From the NCBI GenBank assembly GCA_016839785.1, contig JAEOTQ010000124.1, positions 1 through 47,200 on the forward strand: 47,200 bases of DNA, written 5' to 3'. The notes under the pieces are model-generated. The model was given only the letters and a program-made list of their open reading frames with translations. It was not told the DNA's origin and ran no database searches. The translations under genes were made by a program, and so were the position numbers. Within the stretch, counting starts at the first letter, position 1. Each line of letters starts with the position of its first letter. The DNA comes from Candidatus Hodarchaeota archaeon (lineage in GTDB: Archaea > Asgardarchaeota > Heimdallarchaeia > Hodarchaeales > Hodarchaeaceae). This document shows, piece after piece, positions 29,826 to 40,094 of the stretch.

Positions 29826-31634
29826 TTAGATTGCCTCCTCTGAAACAAGTATTTCATCAGGTATTGGAGGTAAATCCTCAAATTGACGAAACATTTCTGC
29901 ATAGTCGGTATTCCGAGCATATAATTTATCGTGTGTCCCTATATCTTGAATTTCTCCTCCATTCATCAGTATTACAACATCTGCTTTTCGGAGAACAGAT
30001 AACCGATGGGTAACAATGATGGTTGTTCGGGATTCAAGCAAATTTCCGATGGCACTTTGAATTTTCGCTTCAGTATAAGCGTCAATAGCTGAGGTGGAGT
30101 CATCCATGATTAAAATAGGTGGGTTCATGATAAAAGCTCGAGCGATGGCTAAACGTTGGCGTTGACCTCCTGATAATGTAATTCCACGTTCACCAATGAC
30201 CGTATCATACCCTTTTGGCAATTTCGAAACAAAGCTGTGAATTTGAGCCGATTTAGCCACTTCTATCATCGAATTTGTTAAATCAGCTTCCCCATTCTTA
30301 CTCCCGAAAAGAATATTCTCCTTTATACTCGCCGAGAAAAGGAAAATATCCTGCTCGATTACGCCGATTTGTCTTCTTAAATCTTCAATTGGATAATCTC
30401 TAACATCTACATCGTCAATTAGTATTTTTCCACTAGTAGGATCATATAGTCTGTGAATCAATTTCTGTAAGGTCGTCTTTCCACATCCAGTATGACCTAT
30501 GATTGCTATTGTTTGTCCAGGAGCAATTGTAAGATTGATATTATTCAACACATCAGGGCCTTCAGGACTATAGCGGAATGACACATTCTGGAATTGAATT
30601 TTGCCACGAAGCTGCTTCACGGGATGATCCCCTTCTTCAAGTAGTTGTTGTTCTGCAATAACAGAATAAACTCGTTGTCCACCCGCAAATCCCATCGATC
30701 CAAGAAAAATTGTGAAACGAATAAATTGGTTGGGCGTTTGGAGAAGAAGGACAAGACTGTTAAAGGCGATTACTGTTCCTGCAGTCATCTCTCCAATATA
30801 AACAAAATAACTTCCTAAAACAAAGAGAATTCCCATAGCAATATAGATGATAAGGGTGGGGAAGTACCGTGCGGATAATATACCCCGTTTAATGAGAATT
30901 TCACGAACAGCTTGCAGATCAGAATCATATTTTTCAAATTCACTCTGACGATTAGATAAGGTTCGGAGGGCACGAATTCCCGCCAGATTTTCTTGAAGAG
31001 TGGCTTGCCATGCCGCAAATAACGCTTGACGGCGAATAGAAACAGGTCCAAGATTTTTACCATATAATACAATTGTAATTGCAATAATTGGTACGAATAA
31101 CAAGAATACAAAGAATAGAAAAGGATCAAGTGAGTACATAGCAATTAAACTACCAAATGTCGTGGCAAAAGCAAGACCAAACATCAAGATTGAAAGAAGC
31201 ATCCAACTAAGTTGTCTAGAATCGCTGGTTGCCATTGCTAGCAGCTCTCCTGTACGAGCACTATCATGAAAAGACATGGACTTCGAATGCATAGATTCAA
31301 AAAACTCATTCTGGACGTCTTTCACCACTTCTTCAGAGAACCATGCGTTTACCCAAGAACCCAGAGATGAGGCTAAAAAATTGAAAACATATAGGAGGAG
31401 GAAAATTGCACTGGCGGTAAAAATTGCATCGAAGTCACTATTAATGGCTTCATCAAAGTAAAATTGTAAAACCAAGGGAATGAGAATCGAGAGGGCAGTT
31501 CCAAAAAACATAAACAAGAATCCGAAAAAGAACAAATACTTGTGCTTTAAAAGATGGCCAAGGATCCAAGTGATAAAATTCCGATAATATCGTGAATGAA
31601 GGTATGTACTAGCTTTATACGTAGATTGAGTCAT
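29826..31634 (-). CDS. ABC exporter subunit (TMD+NBD) with degenerate Walker B; heterodimer partner
   Basis: GHTGCGKT, LSGGQRQR, IMDDSTSAID (D in place of the catalytic E); TM287/288-type pairing; start placed at ATG 31634. Confidence 0.92.
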   Translation of the reverse strand: MTQSTYKASTYLHSRYYRNFITWILGHLLKHKYLFFFGFLFMFFGTALSILIPLVLQFYFDEAINSDFDAIFTASAIFLLLYVFNFLASSLGSWVNAWFSEEVVKDVQNEFFESMHSKSMSFHDSARTGELLAMATSDSRQLSWMLLSILMFGLAFATTFGSLIAMYSLDPFLFFVFLLFVPIIAITIVLYGKNLGPVSIRRQALFAAWQATLQENLAGIRALRTLSNRQSEFEKYDSDLQAVREILIKRGILSARYFPTLIIYIAMGILFVLGSYFVYIGEMTAGTVIAFNSLVLLLQTPNQFIRFTIFLGSMGFAGGQRVYSVIAEQQLLEEGDHPVKQLRGKIQFQNVSFRYSPEGPDVLNNINLTIAPGQTIAIIGHTGCGKTTLQKLIHRLYDPTSGKILIDDVDVRDYPIEDLRRQIGVIEQDIFLFSASIKENILFGSKNGEADLTNSMIEVAKSAQIHSFVSKLPKGYDTVIGERGITLSGGQRQRLAIARAFIMNPPILIMDDSTSAIDAYTEAKIQSAIGNLLESRTTIIVTHRLSVLRKADVVILMNGGEIQDIGTHDKLYARNTDYAEMFRQFEDLPPIPDEILVSEEAI

Positions 31635-32070
31635 TAGGCGACATCCTAATTTATAGTATATTATAAACATGATATTTTAGTTAAAAATATCAATATTTGG
31701 AAGGCTAACCTCCCAAATAAACGATATACCACACTTTCTTTTGGATGACTTAACAATTGTTATTCGAATGACCCTCCTGAAAATGATTTTTAATGTTCTA
31801 ATCTGGTAAGATTTGCATTTGTATTTTTACTCCAATAATATCAATTAGTGTTTACTGGTTAACCAATAAAAAGAGAAAAAGGAGCATAAAGCGGTAATCT
31901 CCCCTTTTAATGAGAATAAGGTTTACTATGAGAGATTCAACTAATTATAATACTTATAAAGGGGAATAAAATTATAAGAATTTGGTTTGTCGTTCCAAAG
32001 AAATATCAAACCAGGAATGATCTTACAATTGGTAGAAATAGGTTATGTGAAACTTCCCACGGGATTTTTC

Positions 32071-33087
32071 ATGTTTAAATCCTCGTGGTTGGGGGTTACT
32101 CTGACTGTTCTACTTGTAGCTTCTACTTGCTGGGGGGATACTTTAGAAGTTACGTTAACAAATTCTCATCCATCTGTAGATTTTCAAGTAAAATCCTTTT
32201 CTTATGTGCCACATCAACCAATTTCACTCAATTCTAACGAAGACTTTGCAAATTCAGATTTTCCAGGATCTGGAACAAGTGATGATCCATATATAATAGA
32301 AGGATTAAATATTACTGTCTCCAATTATAATGAAGATTTAATTTCAATAGTTGGGACGAGAGCCCATTTCATTCTCAGAAATAATTATATAAACGGCTTA
32401 TCGACCGCATGGGGAGGAATAGTCTTAACTAATGTAGAAAATGCTAAGATTGAAAATAATATAATAACTAAAGTTGACTCACAAGCAGTAGCCCTTTACC
32501 AATCACAACATAGTATTGTTGTTAACAATACAATTGGTTATAGTTCTAATGCTATTAGGTTAGAAAATTCTGCAAACTATAACATTATTGTCAATAATAC
32601 GCTTCTTAACACGTTAATGGAAGGTATTATAATAGAAGGAGCCAGTCACAATAATTCATTCATTTCAAACTACATTAGTCATTGTTTTTCCTTCGCCTTT
32701 ATGATTGATAATACTTCGGGTAATAATACAGTGAATTGGAACAGTTTTCTTGCTAATCAAAGAATTTCTGGTTCTCAAGCTACCGATTCAGGGAGTAATA
32801 ATTTGTTTAGTTATAATCATTGGGATGACTGGACAAGTCCAGATACCAATTACGATGGGATTGTAGATGTTCCATATCAGATTGCTGGTTATGTGATTAA
32901 TCTAGATCGATTTCCCTTGGTTGAGCCTATCCAGAATTCTCAAATTCTAAATTCTCCTTCTGGAATAATTAACGATGATTTGTTGTTATTTCCAGTAGAT
33001 GGGCGACTTCTTCTCTCTATCCTATTTTTATTGACTTTTATAGGTCTTTTAGGAGTGTCCATTCGAAAACAACGGTTGGTTGATTAA
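32071..33087 (+). CDS. Secreted right-handed beta-helix (NosD/CASH-like) protein with C-terminal TM anchor
   Basis: GSGTSDDPYIIEG, repeated I.NN.I units, YNHWDDW..D.NYDGIVDVPY, signal peptide and C-terminal TM. Confidence 0.85.
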   Translation: MFKSSWLGVTLTVLLVASTCWGDTLEVTLTNSHPSVDFQVKSFSYVPHQPISLNSNEDFANSDFPGSGTSDDPYIIEGLNITVSNYNEDLISIVGTRAHFILRNNYINGLSTAWGGIVLTNVENAKIENNIITKVDSQAVALYQSQHSIVVNNTIGYSSNAIRLENSANYNIIVNNTLLNTLMEGIIIEGASHNNSFISNYISHCFSFAFMIDNTSGNNTVNWNSFLANQRISGSQATDSGSNNLFSYNHWDDWTSPDTNYDGIVDVPYQIAGYVINLDRFPLVEPIQNSQILNSPSGIINDDLLLFPVDGRLLLSILFLLTFIGLLGVSIRKQRLVD

Positions 33088-33202
33088 TAAATTGAGAAAT
33101 TTACTAGATACGGATGGGGGATAATTCACAGAGAAAGAAATAAGCATTAATATCCCTCTCCCTTTTTTTCTTCTCGATGAATTATCTTCCGAAGTTGATG
33201 CT

Positions 33203-35524
33203 ATGGCTGTTGGTAAACGTTTAAAGCGAAAAGATGCTGATACCAAGGTAACAGGAGAAGCTCCATATGCGTATGATTTGTCATTTGCAGATGAACATTA
33301 TCTAAAAGTAATACGGAGCCCCTATGCTCATGCAAAGATCTTGAGGGTAGAAATCGATTATAAACAACTTGAATCTCTGGGTGTAGTTGCAGGAACAGCA
33401 AAAGATCTGCCAGAAAAAGGAAAAAATGTTCTTCATGTTATCCATGATGACTGGCCTTTGCTTGCAGAGAAGGTTGTTCGACATGTGGGTGAACCTGTTG
33501 TAATATTAGTTGGCTCTACGTTGAAAATTACGGACGAAGCAAGCAAATACGTTTCAATCAAGTATGAAGTACTACCAGCTGTTTTCGATCCTGTGGAAGC
33601 AAAAGATCATCCTTCTATTCACATCTTTGAAGAGAACAATGTATGTTCGTATTGGCAACAAAAGAATGGGGATATTGAAAAGGGATTTTCTGAATCAGAT
33701 ATCATCATAGAGAATGAATACAGAACTCCTGCCCAAGAACATGCGTACATTGAAACGCAGGGATGTATAGCCGTACCTCAGGGACATGATTCAATGACTG
33801 TCTATGGCAGCATGCAGTGTCCATTCTATGTACAACGTTGCGCAGCAGAAGTGTTGGGACTGGAGTGGAGCAAAGTTAATATTATTCAAACTACCACTGG
33901 GGGGGCATTTGGTGGAAAAGAGGACGTTCCTAATCAGATTGGTAGTCTTGCAGCTTTTGGCGCTTGGCTTGTAAAAAAACCAGTAAAATTTCTACTTTCA
34001 AGAGAAGAAGATATTGAAACTACTTCAAAGAGACACCCTGCGGTTATTCGGTATAAAACTGGAGTAACAAAAGAGGGAGAGCTGAAAGCAATTAAAGCGG
34101 AAGTTTTTCTGAATACTGGAGCTTATGCTACGCTTGCACCTGCAGTTCTTTACAGAGCTGCACTGCATGCAGCTGGTCCTTACCGATGTGAGAATGTGGA
34201 TGTTCAAGCTTATGCTGTAACAACGAATTTAGTTCCTTTTGGGGCGTTTCGGGGATTTGGAAGTCCACAAGTAATTTTTCCAGGAGAGGAGCAGATGGAT
34301 CGTGCCGCAGAGAGCATTGGTATGGACCCTAGTGATTTCCGAGAGCGTCACATTCTCAAAGTGGGGGATAAAACAACATTTGGTCAAATCCTTGATCAGT
34401 CAGTCGGTTTAGAAGAAACTCTACACAAAGCACGAGAGCAAAGCAACTGGTATAAAAGACGTAAACCAACTCCTACAATAGCAGAAGTTCTAGAGGATCA
34501 GAAAAAAGGTAAGTATCGACGAAAAGGAATAGGTATAGCCACAATATTTTATGGATGTTTTTTAGGTGCTGCAGGAAAAATAATGTCACGATCTGGAGCC
34601 TATGTTCAGGTGGAACCTGATGGAAGTGTTCGCTTTGCAGTAGGAACTACAGAGATGGGCCAAGGTATGATCACTGTCCTTTCACAAATTGTGGCGGAAG
34701 AGTTGGGCATTGAATATGAAAAAGTACATATGACTCCTGTTGATACTAGCAGAGTACCTGACTCTGGACCAACTGTGGCAAGTCGTGCGACCATCATGTC
34801 GGGTCGTGCGCTTCAAGATGCTTGTGAAAAACTACGGGCCCTCATTTACGACAAAGTCGCTCTAAAATATGAACTTGATATAACAAATCTGGAAATCAAA
34901 GGTTATCAAATCCAAGAAATTACTTCACAGAAGAAAATTCTCTCTGTTTCAGATGCAATTAAACTTGTCTACCAAGAAAGAGGACAGGTAGCCGTAGCGG
35001 GATGGGATGTTGCACCACCGACGCATTATGATAACGAAAAAGGTCAAGGTGATGCTTACTCAGCATATGCATGGTGTACAAATATAATCGAGGTAGAAGT
35101 TGACTCACAGATAGGAACTGTTGACATTTTAAATATTTGGGCAGCTCACGATGTAGGAAAAGCAATTAATCCACAAACATTAGAAGGACAAATAGAAGGA
35201 GGAAGTTTACAGGGCCTAGGCTATGGGCGATATGAAGAAATTGTATTTACACCCGAAGGACGAGTGTTATCTAACAATTTAGGAACCTATCTCATCCCAA
35301 CAACGAAAGAAACCCCAAACATACATTCCATCATCGTAGAGGATCCTTGGAGCGATGGTCCATATGGAGCCAAGGGAATTGGTGAACAACCCCTTATGGG
35401 TATTGCCCCAGCACTCACAAATGCCATTGCGAATGCTGTAGGGATAAGATTAAACACAATTCCTGCTACTCCTGAAAGAGTATGGGCTGCTATTCAAGAG
35501 AAAATTATGGAGGAAGTAAAATGA
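33203..35524 (+). CDS. Xanthine dehydrogenase family molybdopterin-binding subunit
   Basis: RSPYAHA, GGAFGGKE, AFRGFGSPQ, EMGQG, GQIEGG, GAKGIGE. Confidence 0.93.
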   Translation: MAVGKRLKRKDADTKVTGEAPYAYDLSFADEHYLKVIRSPYAHAKILRVEIDYKQLESLGVVAGTAKDLPEKGKNVLHVIHDDWPLLAEKVVRHVGEPVVILVGSTLKITDEASKYVSIKYEVLPAVFDPVEAKDHPSIHIFEENNVCSYWQQKNGDIEKGFSESDIIIENEYRTPAQEHAYIETQGCIAVPQGHDSMTVYGSMQCPFYVQRCAAEVLGLEWSKVNIIQTTTGGAFGGKEDVPNQIGSLAAFGAWLVKKPVKFLLSREEDIETTSKRHPAVIRYKTGVTKEGELKAIKAEVFLNTGAYATLAPAVLYRAALHAAGPYRCENVDVQAYAVTTNLVPFGAFRGFGSPQVIFPGEEQMDRAAESIGMDPSDFRERHILKVGDKTTFGQILDQSVGLEETLHKAREQSNWYKRRKPTPTIAEVLEDQKKGKYRRKGIGIATIFYGCFLGAAGKIMSRSGAYVQVEPDGSVRFAVGTTEMGQGMITVLSQIVAEELGIEYEKVHMTPVDTSRVPDSGPTVASRATIMSGRALQDACEKLRALIYDKVALKYELDITNLEIKGYQIQEITSQKKILSVSDAIKLVYQERGQVAVAGWDVAPPTHYDNEKGQGDAYSAYAWCTNIIEVEVDSQIGTVDILNIWAAHDVGKAINPQTLEGQIEGGSLQGLGYGRYEEIVFTPEGRVLSNNLGTYLIPTTKETPNIHSIIVEDPWSDGPYGAKGIGEQPLMGIAPALTNAIANAVGIRLNTIPATPERVWAAIQEKIMEEVK

Positions 35525-35976
35525 TTATCAGAATTACCATAAATGGGAGATTTATTGTAAGAGATGTTCCTCCAAATCGACGATTATTAGATTTCTTAAG
35601 AGAAGATTTAGGTCTTAAAGGAACTAAGTATGGATGTGATCAAGGGGAATGTGGTGCCTGTTCTGTAATTCTGAATGATAAAATTGTTACTTCCTGCATT
35701 ATTTTGATGGCTCAAATACCTTTAAATAGCACTGTGCTTACAATAGAAGGAACAGATTCTGTTTTACAATTAATCCAAGAAAAATTTAAAGAATTCGGAG
35801 CTGCTCAATGTGGAGCATGTACCACGGGGATGATCATGGCGGCTACTTCTCTTCTCCACTTAAATCCGAATGTTAATCAAGAAGAAATTGAAGAAGGTCT
35901 ATGTGGGGTATTATGTAGGTGTACAGGATACACTAAGATTTATGATGCGGTTAAGGAGGCCCAAAAACAGCTTTAG
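35521..35976 (+). CDS. Xanthine dehydrogenase family [2Fe-2S] subunit
   Basis: GCDQGECGAC..SC and QCGAC..LCRCTGY; start at ATG 35521 after GGAGG. Confidence 0.93.
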   Translation: MIIRITINGRFIVRDVPPNRRLLDFLREDLGLKGTKYGCDQGECGACSVILNDKIVTSCIILMAQIPLNSTVLTIEGTDSVLQLIQEKFKEFGAAQCGACTTGMIMAATSLLHLNPNVNQEEIEEGLCGVLCRCTGYTKIYDAVKEAQKQL

Positions 35977-35984
35977 GTGATATT

Positions 35985-36788
35985 ATGAAAAATTTCTTTG
36001 AATTAATCCACCAAGAAGTAAGTGCTGGTAATCCAGTCTCCCTAGTAAGCGTTGTTGCAGTAGAAGGATCGGCCCCTCAACGAGTCGGTGCCAAAATGCT
36101 TGTTTCTTCTTCTGGAAAATTATTATGGGGAACAATTGGAGGAGGGACCGTAGAATCACTGGCATTAAAACAGGCAAAAATCCAACTTGAAACGAACACC
36201 CCATTACTCAAGTCATTTGACCTGATTGAGTCAGGTGAGGATGCAACTGGGATGTTATGTGGTGGAGAGATGCAACTATTTTTTGATGTGTTCGGAACCT
36301 CAACAAAGGTCTATATTTTTGGTGCAGGTCATATCACTCAACAAATTTTACCATTATTGATGAAATTAGGCTTTACTCCAATTGTATTAGACGATCGTGA
36401 AGAATACCTCAAAGAAAACATCTTATCCCGATTTAATGTCGCCACGCAGACTGGAGCTTTTACTGAACTAATTGATTTGTTGAATATTGAAGAAGACAGT
36501 TTTATCGTGATTATGACTTATTCCCATGAAATGGATGAGCAGATCCTTTTCCAATTACTTTCTCAAAAGCTTCCAGATCTGTCTATAGTGAAATATTTAG
36601 GTATGATTGGTAGTAAACGTAAGGTAAAAGAGATTTTTTCTAGAATGGAATCCAAAGGGATCTCACGTGAGATTTTAAATTCTATTCATTCACCTATTGG
36701 TGTTCCTATCAAAAGCCAGACCCCTGAGGAAATTGCGATCTCAATTGCTGCAGAATTAATTTCTGTACGGAATAAGGAGGAAAAATAA
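35985..36788 (+). CDS. xdhC: XdhC/CoxI family Moco-insertion accessory protein
   Basis: GSAPQRVGAKM, GTIGGG, CGG, FGAGH, YLGMIGSKRK, TPEEIAISIAAE. Confidence 0.9.
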   Translation: MKNFFELIHQEVSAGNPVSLVSVVAVEGSAPQRVGAKMLVSSSGKLLWGTIGGGTVESLALKQAKIQLETNTPLLKSFDLIESGEDATGMLCGGEMQLFFDVFGTSTKVYIFGAGHITQQILPLLMKLGFTPIVLDDREEYLKENILSRFNVATQTGAFTELIDLLNIEEDSFIVIMTYSHEMDEQILFQLLSQKLPDLSIVKYLGMIGSKRKVKEIFSRMESKGISREILNSIHSPIGVPIKSQTPEEIAISIAAELISVRNKEEK

Positions 36789-36789
36789 G

Positions 36790-37668
36790 CTGTACTCTAA
36801 TGAAATATTATCCCCGACTAGTCTAGTTGAAGCACTTGCAATAAAAGATCAGTACGGGAGTGATATTTTCCCCTTGGCAGGAGGTACAGATGTTCTTATA
36901 ATGGTGCGAAACAAATTAGGTGTATGGGGTGAATCACCACCACTACTGAATCTTAATTCCATTCCTGATCTCAATTTTATTCAGGAAACTGATACTAACA
37001 TAGAAATTGGACCATTGGTCACACATACTCAACTCTTAGAAAGCCCGATTATCGCAAAAAATATTCCTGTATTAAAAAAAGCAGTTTCTATTATTGGGTC
37101 TCCCCAAATACGTAATTTAGGAACGATTGTTGGGAATATGTGTAGAGCATCTCCTGCTGCGGATACTTTAGCACCATTATATACACGAAATACACTAGTT
37201 CAGGTTCAAACAGTCAATAATTCGGAATTACTACCTATAGATGAATTTATATCAGGTCCAGGACAAATATCTATTCCAAAAAATGGATTAGTAACCAAGA
37301 TCGTAATTCCAAAATTGGAGGGATATCGAGGAGACTATATTTCTCTTCGACAAAGGTATGCTTTATCAATTGTTGTCGTTTCCATCGCAGTAGAAGTTCT
37401 ACTTTCAAAAGATAAATTAAGAATCGATGATATTCGAATATCGTTGGGAGCTGTTGCGCCCACCATTGTCAGAGCTAGAAAAACGGAAAGTTTGTTGAAA
37501 TCTCACACTTTCAGTGAGGATTTAATTGAACAATCGGAAAAAATGATAGTAGAGGAATGTAGGCCAATCTCTGATATTCGATCGAATAAACGGTATCGAA
37601 AAGCAATGACAGGTGTGCTATTAGGGCGGATATTAAAAAATCTGAATCAATATATTGAGAATATATAA
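36790..37668 (+). CDS. Xanthine dehydrogenase family FAD-binding subunit
   Basis: AGGTD, QIRNLGTIVGN, ASPAAD, PISDIRS..YR; the conserved N-terminal SPTSLVEAL lies upstream of TTG 36874, implying a CTG start at 36790 after AGGAGG. Confidence 0.9.
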   Translation: MYSNEILSPTSLVEALAIKDQYGSDIFPLAGGTDVLIMVRNKLGVWGESPPLLNLNSIPDLNFIQETDTNIEIGPLVTHTQLLESPIIAKNIPVLKKAVSIIGSPQIRNLGTIVGNMCRASPAADTLAPLYTRNTLVQVQTVNNSELLPIDEFISGPGQISIPKNGLVTKIVIPKLEGYRGDYISLRQRYALSIVVVSIAVEVLLSKDKLRIDDIRISLGAVAPTIVRARKTESLLKSHTFSEDLIEQSEKMIVEECRPISDIRSNKRYRKAMTGVLLGRILKNLNQYIENI

Positions 37669-37716
37669 CTTCAGGTGGTAGATGATCAAAATCCGTCTTT
37701 TTATTCGAGATGAGGA

Positions 37717-39858
37717 TTAGAAAAGCTTATCCTCATCTATAAGTAGATTTAAATATTCCTTCAGCTTATCCGAGGTGTCGTCTTTCTTTTGTTCATGTTT
37801 TATGATAACTTGTGTCTCTGAAATTTCCTTAAATTGCAAGGCGGCTCTTATTGAAGCATGAATAATCTTACTTGCAAATCGAACTGAACCCTCTGATTCT
37901 ATAGGAATTTGCATTGCTTCTTTCAATAAATTTCCAAGTTGTTGTTCTGATATTAGTTCAGAAATGTGTGCTTGTCCAATAGGAAATCCTCGTTGAGTAA
38001 AACTAAGGATAAACCCTTTTTTCACATATTCTAGAGTAAAGGCAACTGTTTCACTATCTGGAAGTGAGATTTCGTTTCCACTGGTTTCTAACTCAATTGG
38101 AATAATAAATTCGACCAGGTCCGCTCTAACTCCAGTTTCACTTCGAAGTGTTTTTGTAGTGACATCCATTGTTGAGCTGATTTTTTTAGCTTTTAATTGC
38201 TTGATTGAATTATAGATTATCTTAGCTGCGAAATACATTGATGAAATGCCATCTTCAAAAACGCCAATACTCATAAGATTCTTTTCATAGGCGAGTAAGT
38301 AAAGGATTTCCTCTTCTGTTGCTTCAGATGAAATCAAAGAACTTCCAAGCAATTCCTTTTGCCCCATTTTGCTCCGTAGCTGAAAAGAAATAAGAGCATT
38401 AAGACCAGCATCAACTAAATCTACTTTAAATCCCATCCCTTGAGTATTTGGTAATGCAATAACCCCTTCGTTGCTTTCCATCTCAACTGGAATGTCTAAA
38501 TGTGTATAATCTACTAATTTCTTTTTTACTTCTTTCTCTTTCTTTTGAACTACTTTTTTAGAAGGAATAATATAACTTTGAACTATTTCTCTCATGCTTA
38601 TGTGTGGTTTTTCAGATGCTAATACTAAGCATTTAACAATATCTGCTTCTTCTAATTCTCCCTTAAGAATCATTGAAAATAATCCAAGAAGTTTATTGTG
38701 ATCAATAGTTCGATACTTTTCTACCCCTTGAGATTTCTCAATAAATGGCAAGTACTTTAAGAAAATATCACTTACTAAAGGTACAGGCATTCCAGAAGTA
38801 ACACCCATTTCAAATAATTGGAGCCATCCACTATTTACAAGTTCATTAGCTTCTTCAAAACCGATACGATAGAATTCAATTAGGTGATTTACCTCAACCG
38901 AACTAGTAGGAGGAGTCAATTGAGATTCGGTCTCTATAGAAATTTCTTTAAGTGGTGGTGAAGTGAAGCTTTTTATTTCCATTTCCTCTGAATTGGGATC
39001 TCTGTGTACTAGGGTTGTTTCTGAAATAGATTCCTCGCTTGCTGCACTACCAAGAAAGACTTTAGATTCTTCAGAAACGTCTGATGCTGTTTTCAAAGAT
39101 TGTTTCATAAGAAAGCGTATTTTCTCTGCTACAGCAGTATCCTCATCCGATTCTGTTGGTATTAGTCGTGTTTGTGCCGAGTGAACTGCTGGTTCCATTT
39201 TTTCTGCAAGTGTCATAACAATTTCATGATGTTCTTCTATTTCCCCAATCAATCGTCCATTTACAAAGTCGCTTTGAGCAAGCTTTGGAATAGAAAGTTC
39301 AAAAATCCGTCCAAACGTGTCAATAACACTTTCAGGTCTATAAATTGTTGTTCTAAAAAATTTTAATTGATTTGAGGACTCAATTTGAAATTGCTCTTTT
39401 AATTGCTCATGAATTGATTCATAATTAGGGCTATTCCTAATTAAATCGTTCTTGTGTAAGAATATGAATATATTGGCTGCTGGAGAGAATTTCTTCAATT
39501 TTTCTAAACAAGCAGTGAAATATTGAATTGAGTTATTTCGTGAGGTTTTATTTGCAACATCAGTCAGAAAAATAAATATTTTAACATTACTAAATACAAA
39601 TGGACTAAATCCACTTAGAAATCGTTGTAAAAAGATCTTTTGTCCGCCCAAATCAACAATAGTGACTGGTATATCATTCACTGTGAGAGACAATCTTTCG
39701 TAATTAATTGTCGCAGACAGCTGATTCACGTCTTCAGTTTGCTGTTTTAAAAAGAAAATTCGCTTTACTGCGGTTTTTCCTGCTTCACTCAAACCAGCAA
39801 TTAAGATTTTATATCCGAGTTGTTGAGAAATCTCAGACTCTGAAACCCATCGTGACAT
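37717..39858 (-). CDS. Rag/Gtr-like small GTPase with long C-terminal extension containing two ~100-aa repeats
   Basis: G1 GLSEAGKT, G2 ATIN, G3 DLGGQ, G4 HKND, G5 TTI; start placed at ATG 39858. Confidence 0.85.
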   Translation of the reverse strand: MSRWVSESEISQQLGYKILIAGLSEAGKTAVKRIFFLKQQTEDVNQLSATINYERLSLTVNDIPVTIVDLGGQKIFLQRFLSGFSPFVFSNVKIFIFLTDVANKTSRNNSIQYFTACLEKLKKFSPAANIFIFLHKNDLIRNSPNYESIHEQLKEQFQIESSNQLKFFRTTIYRPESVIDTFGRIFELSIPKLAQSDFVNGRLIGEIEEHHEIVMTLAEKMEPAVHSAQTRLIPTESDEDTAVAEKIRFLMKQSLKTASDVSEESKVFLGSAASEESISETTLVHRDPNSEEMEIKSFTSPPLKEISIETESQLTPPTSSVEVNHLIEFYRIGFEEANELVNSGWLQLFEMGVTSGMPVPLVSDIFLKYLPFIEKSQGVEKYRTIDHNKLLGLFSMILKGELEEADIVKCLVLASEKPHISMREIVQSYIIPSKKVVQKKEKEVKKKLVDYTHLDIPVEMESNEGVIALPNTQGMGFKVDLVDAGLNALISFQLRSKMGQKELLGSSLISSEATEEEILYLLAYEKNLMSIGVFEDGISSMYFAAKIIYNSIKQLKAKKISSTMDVTTKTLRSETGVRADLVEFIIPIELETSGNEISLPDSETVAFTLEYVKKGFILSFTQRGFPIGQAHISELISEQQLGNLLKEAMQIPIESEGSVRFASKIIHASIRAALQFKEISETQVIIKHEQKKDDTSDKLKEYLNLLIDEDKLF

Positions 39859-40094
39859 CGCTAATTGTATCCTAAAATGTAAGATGAAAATCACAGATCA
39901 AAGAAGATTATTATTAGATATATTCATGTATATCTGTGAATAACATTATAATAAGCCTCCTAATTAACTCATCCGAAATTAATTGGGAGAATCTATTTAT
40001 AATTATTGATATCATTTATACAAATTATTAATTAGGTACAATTTCCCTGAGTATTAATAATTCATATGAATTCAACGAAGTGTTGTGATCATAG

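Noticed and set aside
23999-31634. TldD/PmbA + CPBP protease + ABC exporter as a RiPP or bacteriocin cluster
   Set aside because: No precursor peptide or modifying enzyme (YcaO, radical SAM, LanM) seen; a terminator follows pmbA and the exporter is convergent; all are common housekeeping families
29826-31634. Degenerate Walker B (DD) as a sign of pseudogenisation
   Set aside because: Normal for heterodimeric TM287/288-type exporters; the partner has the consensus Glu
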